From: an uncultured virus (IMG/VR IMGVR_UViG_3300001346_000011) | Taxonomy: Duplodnaviria; Heunggongvirae; Uroviricota; Caudoviricetes; Kyanoviridae | Reading direction: 5' to 3' (one strand) | Length of the DNA: 64,000 nucleotides | IMG/VR virus record: IMGVR_UViG_3300001346_000011 | Span: 1 to 64,000 of that record | Part shown: in pieces, positions 20,001-29,318 of the stretch | Position numbering within the stretch: position 1 is the stretch's first letter | Layout of the letters: every line of letters begins with the position of its first letter | Notes under the pieces: generated by a model | Database searches by the model: none | What the model saw: the letters and a program-made list of their open reading frames with translations, nothing else | What the model was told of the DNA's origin: nothing | Made by a program: the position numbers and the translations under genes

Positions 20001-23000
20001 TGTGTCATTGGTTCTAGTAATACTGAATTGAGCACCAACACCTATTGGAGCTCTGTTTGAACCTGCCACATTCAATGCATTACCTGTGCCTGTGTTTGCA
20101 GTTCCAGTTGCCGCTGACACTGATGTAACTTGACCTCCTACTACAGAATTTATACCTGCAATTGTGAATGTTAAATCATTTGTTGGTGATGCACCAAACA
20201 CTGATGTACCTTCAATTTTGTATGTTTGATTTAAACCATATCCGCTACCACCATTTGCAATTGCCAATGTGTATGATCCACCAGACAATGTTACATCCAT
20301 TGTTAATCCTGACGGTGTTCTTGCTGATTTGTTTACATCTGTGAATGTTTGTGTGTTCACTGCTGTGCCTGCCACAGTGTACGTGGCTATTGCACCTGCT
20401 GTCACTGTGTCAACTGTGATTGTGACATCATTGGCTGGTGTTAATCCGCCAACTGCTGTTCCTAAAATTGTAATTGTGTCTGCCGCGGCAAATGAAGCAC
20501 CTGTGTTTGTGAAAGTCGCTGTGTACACAGTTCCTGTTCTGTTAATGTCTACAACTGCACCAGTACCTGAACCACTAGTTGTCCAAGTAGCACTGGTATA
20601 ATCTACATTGGCATCTGTGCCTGTTCCGCTGATTGTTAATGCTGTGATACCACCATTGCCGTTCACTGTGCTTACGGATACATATGCATCGTTGGTTGGT
20701 GTTGCCGCACCCAAGTCTGTTCCACTTACAAAGAATTGATCACCAACTGTGTAACCTGATGTTCCTTCTAATGCCGCTGTACCTGTTGGCGTAATTGTTG
20801 CAATTCCACTTGCACCTGTGCCTGTCACTGTGTCAATTACTATTGTTACGTCATTGGCTGGTGTTTCTCCACCTAAACTTGTTCCTTCGATTGTATGTGT
20901 TTGTCCAACACCATAATCGTCACCTGCATTGTTTAAAGTTACTGTGTAACCAGTTCCAGAAATTGCCACATCAAAAGTAGCGTTGGTTCCTGATATGTTA
21001 GTGCCTGTGTTTTGATTTGGATATGTTTGAGTATTAACAGCCGTACCTGCTACTGTGAATGTTAAAATTCCACCATTACCATCAACTGAATCAACAGTGA
21101 TTGTTGCATCGTTGGCTGTGGTTGCACCACCAAGTTGTGTTCCTAATATTGTAAGCACATCTGTTGCTGAATAACCTGCTCCAATTGTTGTTACCACTGC
21201 AGAGTATACTGTTCCTGTTCTTGTCACAGTGAATGCCGCTGTAACTCCTCCAGCACTTGGAGTTGTGTATACTGGTGATGTGTAATTTACAGTTTGATTC
21301 GGTGCTGTACCTGCCACACTGATTGTTTGTATTTCACCTGAACCGCCCACAGCAGTTACTCTTATGTCTAAATCATTTGCGCCTGTTCCACCAAATGTAG
21401 AACCGCCTAATCTTACCACATCATTCACAATGTATCCTGTTCCTGCTGTGTCCACTGTCGCTGTGTATACACCAGCATCTACATCTATATCAAAAATTGC
21501 TCCTGCACCTTGTGATCCTGCATAAGAGGCAAGACCAACACCTGTGTATGAAGGACTGTTCAATGCCACTGTGTATGAGCCTGCATTTTTTGTTACATTA
21601 ATCTGAGCACCTGTTCCGTTATTGCCTTGCAATTGTGTGGCAACTGCTGATGCTGTGCCTGTGCCTGTGAATGCTGTTCCTGTGACAGATGCTGTTAAAA
21701 TTTCTCCGCCAGTGTCAACTGATTCCACAGTAACAATAGCGTCATTGGCTGGTGTTGCTCCACCTAAATCAGTTCCGCTTACAACTATTGCATCTCCTAC
21801 TGCATAATCTTGTCCTGAACCCACTTGTCCATTTGTAACTAGCGACACAGAATATGATCCGCCCACTCTGAAAATGTCAAATCTTCCTAACTGTCCTTGT
21901 GGTGTATAATTTGTTCCTGCTAGACCTGGATACTGTGTGATGTCTCCAATTAAATCTTGTGTCAAAGGTGCACTCAATGTCAAATCGTTTCCTGCCACAC
22001 TGATAATTGTTACAGCAAATCCGTCACCTCTGTCAATCACAGAGTTTTGAATTATGCCCGCAGAATCTTGCACAGTGATTGCTGTTGCACCTGCAACATA
22101 ATCTCCTGTTACTGTCGGTGATGCTAGTGCTCCACCAGATCCGTTAACTGCTGTAATTTGTGTACCTGTTTGAATTCCTGTTCCTGTAAGTGGTGCTCCT
22201 ATTTCTGGCTGTACACCTGTGTATGGTAAAATTGTAGCACCTGATAATGTTGCTAGGCTGGTTACAAAGTTTCCTGAAGATCCATTTGAATCAATACTGA
22301 ATGACGGAAATCCAATTGCCGCACCTGTGTAAAAATCACCTTCTCTTAATTGTGTAAAGTTTGTGGAAATTGTTGTAGGATTTACTGATCCCACTTTTGC
22401 TTTTCCATAATAGGTAAATGACAGTGAATTTGGCACTGTGTTTACCACAAATGATCCTGCGGCTCTACTTGCGCCTGCCACAGAATTATCAAACCCTGTG
22501 ATTGTAAATGGTTGTCCTGCTTCAAAATTGTGTGGTCCAATTGTTGTCACTGTGATTAGTGATGAACCAATTCCTTGTGTTCCTGCTGAAGCATCTGATG
22601 TTACTGTTTGAATATCAAAGTCTGTGCCTGGAACTTCATAAATTGATGGATAACCTCTTTGTGTTGCAATCGCTTGCCACTTCGTTGGCTGAAGTCCGTA
22701 TTCAAAGTCAGCATCCAGCATTGATTCTGGTTGTGCTACTCTTAATCTTTCAATGGCATCTGTTCCAAAATCATATGGACGTGTTCTTATTTCATCGTCT
22801 TCAATAAAAATTTGTAATTGATCTGTTGCGTCGTCTGTTGATGTGTCAGCATTTAAAAATATGGTTGTGATTGTGTCATTGCCATGAAATGCTTTAGGAA
22901 AATCTGGATCAACAAATGCTGTTGGATTTGATGTGTCTTCTGGATACTCTCTTTTATATGTTACTGTGGCACCTTTTGCAGGATCGTTGAATGTGTACAA

Positions 23001-24116
23001 CACTGCATTTGATGAAGTGTTTGTGATCAGTAATATTTCTGATAATTCTACTCTTTCAGGAATTTTAACACTTGAAATTCCGTTGGTTACAAGTGCTGGT
23101 AGATTGTCCAGTCCGTTTGTGATCACATCTGTGATGATTCCAACTAAAGAAGTTACTCTTGCAGTTGCTCCTGACTCTCCTGGTGTACCTAAAATTGTTT
23201 GTTGTGTAACAACTGGTGACTGTCTTGAAGCGTATGCAGTGCCAGGTATTACGTAATTGTTGATGATGTTTCTAATTTCATTTTTAGTTGCTATCTCAGG
23301 TTGTCTATCACCATCTAGTACAGAAACTGTGCCGACCCAGTAAGTTGAAGCATTGTATCTTGATTGCTCATTTCCACCATATCTGATATCTTTTAAAAGA
23401 CCATCAATATTGTACCCCATGTCTCTTTCACAAAGGTAAGAATCATATACAAAATTGGCAAACACATAAGCGGAACTTTGTAATGCTGGTAAATTTAAAA
23501 TACCATTGTCCACAACATTATCAATTACAGCCATGTTTGCCGCGAATCCTGTCTTACCAGCCGGTTCTGCATTTGAACCTGATGTGTTTTGTGACAGTCC
23601 ATCTGTGTTGATACTGCTGTATGCTAAACCTGTAAAGATGTATAAATCTATAATTTGTTTCGCTTTTGTCCAATATGCTAATTCAGGTTCTCCAGCAGAT
23701 GCCAATTGAAGTACTCCGTCAACATAATAAGTTTGCGATTGTTTTCTAATATTTTCATTACCGCCATATCTCATATCAAGATATGCCGCTTGTATAACTG
23801 CTTCTACGTCAGTTTTGATTTGTGTAGCAGTTTTTGTATAACCAGCAAATGGTGAAATGTTTCCAGCAACTTGTACAGCAACCCATGCCGCCACTTCTGC
23901 TTTAACATATTCTCTGTTGTTAAGATATCTTAATGATGAGTTTGGATATAAATCTGCCGCTGTGTCTGTAACAATTTTTGCATCTATAAAAGCGGTGGAT
24001 TCGTCTTTTAACCATTCTTTGTTGGCATTAATTTGAGCCCATGCATTAGGATAAAGATTTCCGCTTTCTGGTATTCCTGGTGTAAATTTGTATGTTTGTA
24101 TACGTTTTTTTGCCAT
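17082..24116 (-). CDS. Giant virion structural / fibre protein (2344 aa)
   Basis: G/T/S/A/V-rich, eight G.T.LGG.TPAND.TITV-type repeats, N-terminal helical repeats; lies in the tail module. Confidence 0.85.
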   Translation of the reverse strand: MAKKRIQTYKFTPGIPESGNLYPNAWAQINANKEWLKDESTAFIDAKIVTDTAADLYPNSSLRYLNNREYVKAEVAAWVAVQVAGNISPFAGYTKTATQIKTDVEAVIQAAYLDMRYGGNENIRKQSQTYYVDGVLQLASAGEPELAYWTKAKQIIDLYIFTGLAYSSINTDGLSQNTSGSNAEPAGKTGFAANMAVIDNVVDNGILNLPALQSSAYVFANFVYDSYLCERDMGYNIDGLLKDIRYGGNEQSRYNASTYWVGTVSVLDGDRQPEIATKNEIRNIINNYVIPGTAYASRQSPVVTQQTILGTPGESGATARVTSLVGIITDVITNGLDNLPALVTNGISSVKIPERVELSEILLITNTSSNAVLYTFNDPAKGATVTYKREYPEDTSNPTAFVDPDFPKAFHGNDTITTIFLNADTSTDDATDQLQIFIEDDEIRTRPYDFGTDAIERLRVAQPESMLDADFEYGLQPTKWQAIATQRGYPSIYEVPGTDFDIQTVTSDASAGTQGIGSSLITVTTIGPHNFEAGQPFTITGFDNSVAGASRAAGSFVVNTVPNSLSFTYYGKAKVGSVNPTTISTNFTQLREGDFYTGAAIGFPSFSIDSNGSSGNFVTSLATLSGATILPYTGVQPEIGAPLTGTGIQTGTQITAVNGSGGALASPTVTGDYVAGATAITVQDSAGIIQNSVIDRGDGFAVTIISVAGNDLTLSAPLTQDLIGDITQYPGLAGTNYTPQGQLGRFDIFRVGGSYSVSLVTNGQVGSGQDYAVGDAIVVSGTDLGGATPANDAIVTVESVDTGGEILTASVTGTAFTGTGTASAVATQLQGNNGTGAQINVTKNAGSYTVALNSPSYTGVGLASYAGSQGAGAIFDIDVDAGVYTATVDTAGTGYIVNDVVRLGGSTFGGTGANDLDIRVTAVGGSGEIQTISVAGTAPNQTVNYTSPVYTTPSAGGVTAAFTVTRTGTVYSAVVTTIGAGYSATDVLTILGTQLGGATTANDATITVDSVDGNGGILTFTVAGTAVNTQTYPNQNTGTNISGTNATFDVAISGTGYTVTLNNAGDDYGVGQTHTIEGTSLGGETPANDVTIVIDTVTGTGASGIATITPTGTAALEGTSGYTVGDQFFVSGTDLGAATPTNDAYVSVSTVNGNGGITALTISGTGTDANVDYTSATWTTSGSGTGAVVDINRTGTVYTATFTNTGASFAAADTITILGTAVGGLTPANDVTITVDTVTAGAIATYTVAGTAVNTQTFTDVNKSARTPSGLTMDVTLSGGSYTLAIANGGSGYGLNQTYKIEGTSVFGASPTNDLTFTIAGINSVVGGQVTSVSAATGTANTGTGNALNVAGSNRAPIGVGAQFSITRTNDTDSSTDYTEVTVVQDGSNYAVGDKVVISGASLGGSTPANDITVRVQSITSFGGVVNNTHSGTAIGGTGISVYSSVTISDPVSQAIPLSATISYSALATMRVNFTTPHGLVPGNAFLVVIQSDDGSNNHILASGPFLATSIPSPTSLTYQVRSPGAITDAGWQGSIYGRPDSFFIHRPFDGGVQLGTGGPAHGAQAIRQSKKYIRYQSGKGCMYTTGALFAPSYDILDLSADGTASGSTITVTTDDVDHNLQVGAIIRLVGIATSGYDGTYTITSITNERTFTVIAQITLGGTTPEFTDQPQVSLYQWNGATVRSGIFDDQNGIFWEYDGQNTNAVQRTATRQLAGTITVTPDSNNVTGVGTRFREQIKAGDRVVIRGMTHVVSGITDNTTMSVTPDYRGVNTSSGVKMCAVVDKKAKQSEFNKDVLDGTGPSGYKWDVSKMQMIGIQFSWYGAGFIDWMTRGQTGNFIFVHRMRNSNVNTEAFMRTGNQPVRYEVTNEGPGAKLFENMDATQTTLTVEDASFFPTTGGTVYIDNEIITFTGITGDTLTGCTRAAQLTNFAAGATRNYSAGAAAAHFRNTGVVLISNTASPIISHWGSAYLTDGNFDEDRGYLFSYSGQGLRLSTIRQTVFLMRLAPSVSNALTGDLGDRDLLNRAQLLLDGIEITTEPVAAGGVQGQLVIQGIINPQNYPIDPADIGWTGLQGTAQGGQPSFAEIAPGGSVNWNGGASITTATADTIAEMTSSSTHWFNLGGNRNYMYFLEAQWEGKGHVVGMRVTSAQFPSNTVVTQISDNGSYYFVRFSNRHTGVSGGDAVNFAFGGDFASTNYLFFDPTSWEASNAVAGTEVDTATTTEFPPGTTVQSVQAKTVFGTTEYYRVDFNQTFNGTIAAASSISFNFGQPPYAQPGETIFSFVAQPGERATLALDKIKALTNTTLGGRGTFPNGPDVLAINVFRTAGTGDVSATVTLRWSEAQA
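19870..21810 (-). repeat. Eight imperfect protein repeats (Y..GD.I.I.GT.LGG.TPAND.T.TV)
   Basis: Copies end in TPANDA, TGANDL, TTANDA, TPANDV, TPTNDA, TPANDV, SPTNDL, TPANDI; a ninth copy lies in the 1716-aa gene near 45250. Confidence 0.85.
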
Positions 24117-24123
24117 GCTTTTT

Positions 24124-25986
24124 TTATACTCCTAATGCTATCGCTAACACTGTGGCTGTGTTATCGACATACTGCTTTTTAGTTACATCGTTAGCATTGG
24201 TTGGGTCACTGGTTACAGTTGCTCCTGTAAATGCCGCCGACGCCGCTGATGTTAATCCTATTGTAGTGTTATTTAACGTTCCTTGCGAAGAATTCAATGT
24301 TGAAAAGGTTCCATTTCTTGGTATTACTGAACCTATTGTAACATTATCGACCACACCTATGTCTGTGGGTCTTACTGTGAGCGTTCCACCTGCTTGTGGG
24401 CTCAATGTTACGTCTGCATTGGGTGTTAAAGTTACTTGTCCACTGGTTGATAAATTTTGTGCATTGATGTTCATGTTGTTGATTGTTCCTAATGTGGCAG
24501 GATTAATTGTAACTGTGCCTGTTCCTGTAGGTTGTAATCTAATTTGTGCATCAACTCCTTCTGCTAGTAAATCACCAGTGTCTAATATTGAACTGAAAAC
24601 ACCTGCTCCAATGATACTTGGTTGATTAACTGTTAGTGTGCCATAAGGATTACCATCTGTATCTCCATAAAACAGTGAATCAGGAGCATCAACTGGAACT
24701 GCATAAGTTAAAGTTCCTGATTGTTTTCCTTGTGCTTCTGCTTCTGTTAATGTTGTCGCAACTGGTATGTCAAGATACGTGCTTGTGGCAATTTGAGAAT
24801 TAATTCTTGTTCTAATACTGTTTTGATATGTTGTAAAATTATTTGCAATTCCAGTGAATGCATACATTCTTACAGCATCATTATCATAAGAATAACTTTC
24901 ACTGCCATCTGCTTCTGTGGTTCCTGAAACTAATTTAATTTCTATTGATGAATCAGCTCTAGCCATTCCGTACACAGTGTCTTCTGCACTGTAAAATTCT
25001 TGTCCAGCAATTGTTCCACCATTGAAAAGATATTGTAAATCGTCTTTACCATTGAACATTAAAACTTTTTTATTTCCCAAAGGTGTAATTGGTGTCCAAT
25101 TTATAATTGTCGATTCATCTTGATTCTGTGCTTCTAGTGAGTAATTGTAAAAACTATGATCAGTTGAAAGATATTGATCAACATTTAATAAACCATTAAA
25201 TGTAATAATATTTTTTATTGATGCATTTTGTGTGTAGTTTGAATATTGTAATGCCAACTGTGCACCATTACCGTAACCTATTATTGTGATGTCTCTGGTA
25301 TCCACATTATCATATAAACTAAAACTGGAAATTATAGAATCAATCAAAGCAATATCATCTGCTTTTGATGTGTTGTATCCTACGTTCCATTCATTGCCAT
25401 AACCTTGTGGAGCAATTAAAATTTTATCTGAAATAAAGTTTACATTTGCAATTCCGTTTGCTTGATCAAAACCTTTGTCGTGTAATGAAATCACAACAGG
25501 TATTTTCTTTTGTGCTAAGTCTGTATCAGTTGTGTCAGGAACTACCACTTGAGCTGTTCTGTTGTAGCCTGACTGTTGTTGTTGCCAAGTCTGAGAAAAA
25601 TTCAAAATTCCTGATGCTAAATCTAATCCTGTAACTGTGTTGGCATGAGATAATCCTTCGTTGTACAAATTACCTGGAACACTTGGAGTTGCAACATCTG
25701 GTTTAAAAATATTGAAAGCAAGACTGGATGTGTCTAATACGAATGTGTATGTTGTTCCTCGTTCAACTGAGATAGTTGGATTGTTACCAACCACTGCTGT
25801 GCCTTTGTTTAAAATTGTAAATGCACCTGCAGTTTCATTGATGTTGAAATCTGGTGAAGGTGGAATAACTGGCGGTGTGTATGTATTCGTAATAGTACGT
25901 ACTGTAACATTTCCGTCAACGTCAACGGTGAATCCGGGTGATTTGTATCCGTAATCTGTTTCGAAAGGTTTAAAAACTACTGCCAT
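24124..25986 (-). CDS. Virion protein with inserted alpha/beta-hydrolase-like domain (620 aa)
   Basis: PVVISLH, LIAPQG...WN, DDIALI, IIGYGNGA, NGKDD esterase pattern; fibre-like C-terminus (TKKQYVD...AIALGV). Confidence 0.8.
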   Translation of the reverse strand: MAVVFKPFETDYGYKSPGFTVDVDGNVTVRTITNTYTPPVIPPSPDFNINETAGAFTILNKGTAVVGNNPTISVERGTTYTFVLDTSSLAFNIFKPDVATPSVPGNLYNEGLSHANTVTGLDLASGILNFSQTWQQQQSGYNRTAQVVVPDTTDTDLAQKKIPVVISLHDKGFDQANGIANVNFISDKILIAPQGYGNEWNVGYNTSKADDIALIDSIISSFSLYDNVDTRDITIIGYGNGAQLALQYSNYTQNASIKNIITFNGLLNVDQYLSTDHSFYNYSLEAQNQDESTIINWTPITPLGNKKVLMFNGKDDLQYLFNGGTIAGQEFYSAEDTVYGMARADSSIEIKLVSGTTEADGSESYSYDNDAVRMYAFTGIANNFTTYQNSIRTRINSQIATSTYLDIPVATTLTEAEAQGKQSGTLTYAVPVDAPDSLFYGDTDGNPYGTLTVNQPSIIGAGVFSSILDTGDLLAEGVDAQIRLQPTGTGTVTINPATLGTINNMNINAQNLSTSGQVTLTPNADVTLSPQAGGTLTVRPTDIGVVDNVTIGSVIPRNGTFSTLNSSQGTLNNTTIGLTSAASAAFTGATVTSDPTNANDVTKKQYVDNTATVLAIALGV

Positions 25987-26005
25987 TGTGCTATATCCAT
26001 ATTTA

Positions 26006-26440
26006 TTATTCTGTTACTTGCGTACCTCCAACCAAAGCATTCAATGTGGCAAAATATGTTGCACCAAAGATAATCTTAGAACCAGTGTATTTTTCTGTTC
26101 CTGATTTATCTTCTGGATTTATCTTAATTCTAACATATGAATTGTTAACTTCACTTGCAATCTTGATTAATTTATTACCTAGATTTGATCTACCATATAT
26201 TGATAGACTGCTTTGATTTGGACTTGCTGATACAAGTACTTTTAAAATTTCTTTATTGTTTGTGTCATAATCTACACTGATTGTGTATTCTGCTGTACTG
26301 AATGTGTTCACATGCCATTGGTCTAAAATCATGCCTTCTTCGACCACAGAATATGGACCGTTGTAAGATAGGTTTAACCCATTCTTCATCAACAGAGTAT
26401 TTCTGTCACCTTTTCCAAAAAATCTTGATACATCAAACAT
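26006..26440 (-). CDS. Hypothetical structural protein (144 aa)
   Basis: Intact ORF with TAAATA motif and AAGGA RBS upstream. Confidence 0.7.
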   Translation of the reverse strand: MFDVSRFFGKGDRNTLLMKNGLNLSYNGPYSVVEEGMILDQWHVNTFSTAEYTISVDYDTNNKEILKVLVSASPNQSSLSIYGRSNLGNKLIKIASEVNNSYVRIKINPEDKSGTEKYTGSKIIFGATYFATLNALVGGTQVTE

Positions 26441-26509
26441 ATAGAATAATCCTTATTATAGTGTATTTACCTAATTTGGAACTATTGTATTACTACTGTA
26501 TTTTGGGTA

Positions 26510-27490
26510 TTACTGCTTGTTTTTACTGTGTTTAAGCATCTTTTCAACAGATCTAATAACATCATCTTCTGCTCGATCATCCATAGCCATGATACCTTCA
26601 TTCAATCTGTCACTCAATTCGTCTGAAGTGATTCTTATGGGAGAATACACTCTATCTTCAGATCCAAGATCAATAATATCGAAATTATCTGAGTCAGGAA
26701 ATGATGTGTTTATGGGATATGTAGAACCTATCAACACCGTAGCAGTTCCATTAAATGCGTATGCAAGGTGTTGTCCAACAGAGTCGCAACCAACAAAATG
26801 ATTGGCTTGTTTAATCACAGCCATCCATATTCTTATGTGTACATTCATTGGTGTTGCCACAGGAGCCGACATGTGATGTTTAAATTCTAGTGGGAATTCA
26901 CTCATCATCATAACTCCATATTTTTTAGATAGTTTTTTTACAATGCTCCAAATATTTTTTAGTTCAATACTTCTGCCAGTGACGTCTGTGATGTCTGGCT
27001 GTTTGCCGTCTTTCATTTGTTTTTCAGTAATGTTTTCAGGCTGAGCACCTCGTCCAAATGGTTGAACCACAACAATTTTGTTTTTGCCTGTTTTTTCCTT
27101 TACTTCAGCAATCATTTTTCTTGCCATTAGTATCTCTTCTTTGCTCAGTCTAATAGTTGGTGCTGGCAAATCTCTAATACCTTTGTCATTGATGGCAATG
27201 TCGTATGCTTGAGCAAGGCTACATTTTTGATTGTAATATTCCCAAATTCTGTATGGCTCAGGACTGATTAATTCTCTATCTTTAAGCAGTTCTTGAAATA
27301 AATTTTTATGCCAACTGTCGTAGGCTCTAAAATACAATTTAGGGTGTCCTTTGAAAGCATCTGTTCCACCTTCGCACACTAGTATTGGATCCTTTTCAGG
27401 ATTTTCTTCAAGATATTTTTCTACTGCTGGGATAGAACTTATCATTCTACCAGCACCACCATTTAAAAATATCGCTGTTTTTTTGCTCAT
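26510..27490 (-). CDS. GT9 / heptosyltransferase-like glycosyltransferase (paralogue 2)
   Basis: N-terminal NGGAGR.I...PA; C-terminal IK.A.HFVGCDS.GQHLAYA, resembling GT9 D(S/T)G..HLA.A. Confidence 0.7.
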   Translation of the reverse strand: MSKKTAIFLNGGAGRMISSIPAVEKYLEENPEKDPILVCEGGTDAFKGHPKLYFRAYDSWHKNLFQELLKDRELISPEPYRIWEYYNQKCSLAQAYDIAINDKGIRDLPAPTIRLSKEEILMARKMIAEVKEKTGKNKIVVVQPFGRGAQPENITEKQMKDGKQPDITDVTGRSIELKNIWSIVKKLSKKYGVMMMSEFPLEFKHHMSAPVATPMNVHIRIWMAVIKQANHFVGCDSVGQHLAYAFNGTATVLIGSTYPINTSFPDSDNFDIIDLGSEDRVYSPIRITSDELSDRLNEGIMAMDDRAEDDVIRSVEKMLKHSKNKQ

Positions 27491-29316
27491 TTGTTTGCTA
27501 CCTTTATTAATTTATTGTATTCAGGCAAAAACAAATATTCTATTTCACTGTGTACTAATGTTCTCACAGCATCTTCTAATGTTTCTACTAATGGCTCTCC
27601 GCCTAAATTAAATGATGTGTTGAAAATTATCGGACATTCTGTTTGCTTATGAAACTCTTTAATCAAGTCATAATACAACGGATTTTGTTCTCTTTTCACA
27701 GATTGTATTCTGCAAGTTCCGTCAACGTGTATGATGCTAGGTATTTTTTCTTCAATTCCTGGCTGACAATTTACTGCATACATCATGTGAGGGGTTTCGT
27801 CCATGCCTCTTAAATCGAACCATTCATGCACGTATTCATGCAATATGGTTCCAGCAAAAGGTCTGAAATATTCTCTATGTTTCACTTTGTTTACATGATC
27901 TTTACCGTTTGGATCTCTTGGATCGTATAATATTGATCTGTTACCCAATGCTCTAGGACCGTTTTCACTGGCTCCTTGGAACACTGAAACAATATTTTTA
28001 TCAGTGATAATTTTTACTACTTCTTCATTGGTTGCATCTGATAATTCTACACCGTCTTGTTCACACACTTTTTCAATTTGATCTGATGTGTATGTTCTTT
28101 TTGGTCCAAGGTATAATGTAGGTTCATCAACTTTCTTTTCTTTTGATTGAGTGAGACTGTAATAAAACAACATCGCCGCACCCATTGCCGTTCCTGCATC
28201 ATTTGATACTGGTTCAGCATAAAAGTTTATGCCATCTTTTCTTAATTGTTCTAGATAATAATAATTAGCAACACAGTTCAATCCGTATCCTCCTGAAAAT
28301 ACAACGTTTTTACAACCACTTAATTTTACTGCTTTGTAAATTAAGTCTAAACATTCTTTTTGTGATTCAGTTTGTACTGCATATGCTAGATCTCTCCTAT
28401 TTTGTAATGTTGTCCAATCGTCTTTGGCATCTGATTGAGGGTTTTCATCAATATAAGGATAAAGTCCACTGTTCACTATGGAAGCATTTGGATATGTTGG
28501 TATAATAAAATTCCTATCTGATAAAGAATAATACCCTTCCTTCTTAAAAAGTTTAGGAACCATGTCATTTGGTTTTCCATAAGGAAATAATCCCATTGTT
28601 TTACCTGCTTCGATTGCCGAGAATCCACAATACTGTGTAACTGCTTCATAAACTTTTACAATACCAGCATGGTCTGTGAACAATGCTTGGTGTGTTTTGC
28701 CTGGCTCGCCTATGGAATCAGAAGCAAAGTCTGGATAAAATGCTCCTGGACTTGCTTCTCCCGTACCATAATGTTTATACAATGCAAAAATATCATTTGG
28801 ATAATCACAACTGAAAATACTTTCAACTTCAAACACTGTGATTTCTCCAGAAATACTGTTTTTAATTGGAATAAAAGTTCCAGCACCGTCAACTATAACT
28901 GCAACTGCTTTGTCAAATCCTGATCTATAAAACGCACATGCGGCATGTAGTTTGTGATGAATGTGTGCTAAATCTATCACCTGAGGATGTTTTGTGTCTT
29001 GCACGTGTCTATCAATTAATCCTAATTTTCTTGCTATCCCTGTGTACACATCGTCACCTGAATAATCAACTCTACCTGTTGATCTATCATCTAAACCTTG
29101 TGTGTGAGCAACAACAAGATAATCAATCTTGTCTGTGTATTTTAATATCTCCACCATGGATGCATACGGCCCACCATCATATTTTCTTCTAGATAAACGT
29201 TCTTCTTCAATTGAAAAAACCACTTCACCGTCTTTTAAAAGACAAACACCTGCGTTGTGTCCTCTGGCTATTGCGGCAATATATCCCGTTTTGTTATATT
29301 TTTCTATATCATCCAT
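27487..29316 (-). CDS. Carbamoyltransferase (NodU/CmcH/TobZ family)
   Basis: EEERLSR.K, HH..HA..AFY.SGF, DGAG, SGG..LNCVAN, GPRALGNRS, VK.RE.FRPFA, HVDGTCRIQ, NTSFNL.GEP. Confidence 0.95.
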   Translation of the reverse strand: MDDIEKYNKTGYIAAIARGHNAGVCLLKDGEVVFSIEEERLSRRKYDGGPYASMVEILKYTDKIDYLVVAHTQGLDDRSTGRVDYSGDDVYTGIARKLGLIDRHVQDTKHPQVIDLAHIHHKLHAACAFYRSGFDKAVAVIVDGAGTFIPIKNSISGEITVFEVESIFSCDYPNDIFALYKHYGTGEASPGAFYPDFASDSIGEPGKTHQALFTDHAGIVKVYEAVTQYCGFSAIEAGKTMGLFPYGKPNDMVPKLFKKEGYYSLSDRNFIIPTYPNASIVNSGLYPYIDENPQSDAKDDWTTLQNRRDLAYAVQTESQKECLDLIYKAVKLSGCKNVVFSGGYGLNCVANYYYLEQLRKDGINFYAEPVSNDAGTAMGAAMLFYYSLTQSKEKKVDEPTLYLGPKRTYTSDQIEKVCEQDGVELSDATNEEVVKIITDKNIVSVFQGASENGPRALGNRSILYDPRDPNGKDHVNKVKHREYFRPFAGTILHEYVHEWFDLRGMDETPHMMYAVNCQPGIEEKIPSIIHVDGTCRIQSVKREQNPLYYDLIKEFHKQTECPIIFNTSFNLGGEPLVETLEDAVRTLVHSEIEYLFLPEYNKLIKVANK

Positions 29317-29318
29317 TG

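Noticed and set aside
19870..21810. Repeats as a CRISPR array
   Set aside because: They are degenerate in-frame protein repeats, not identical DNA repeats with spacers.
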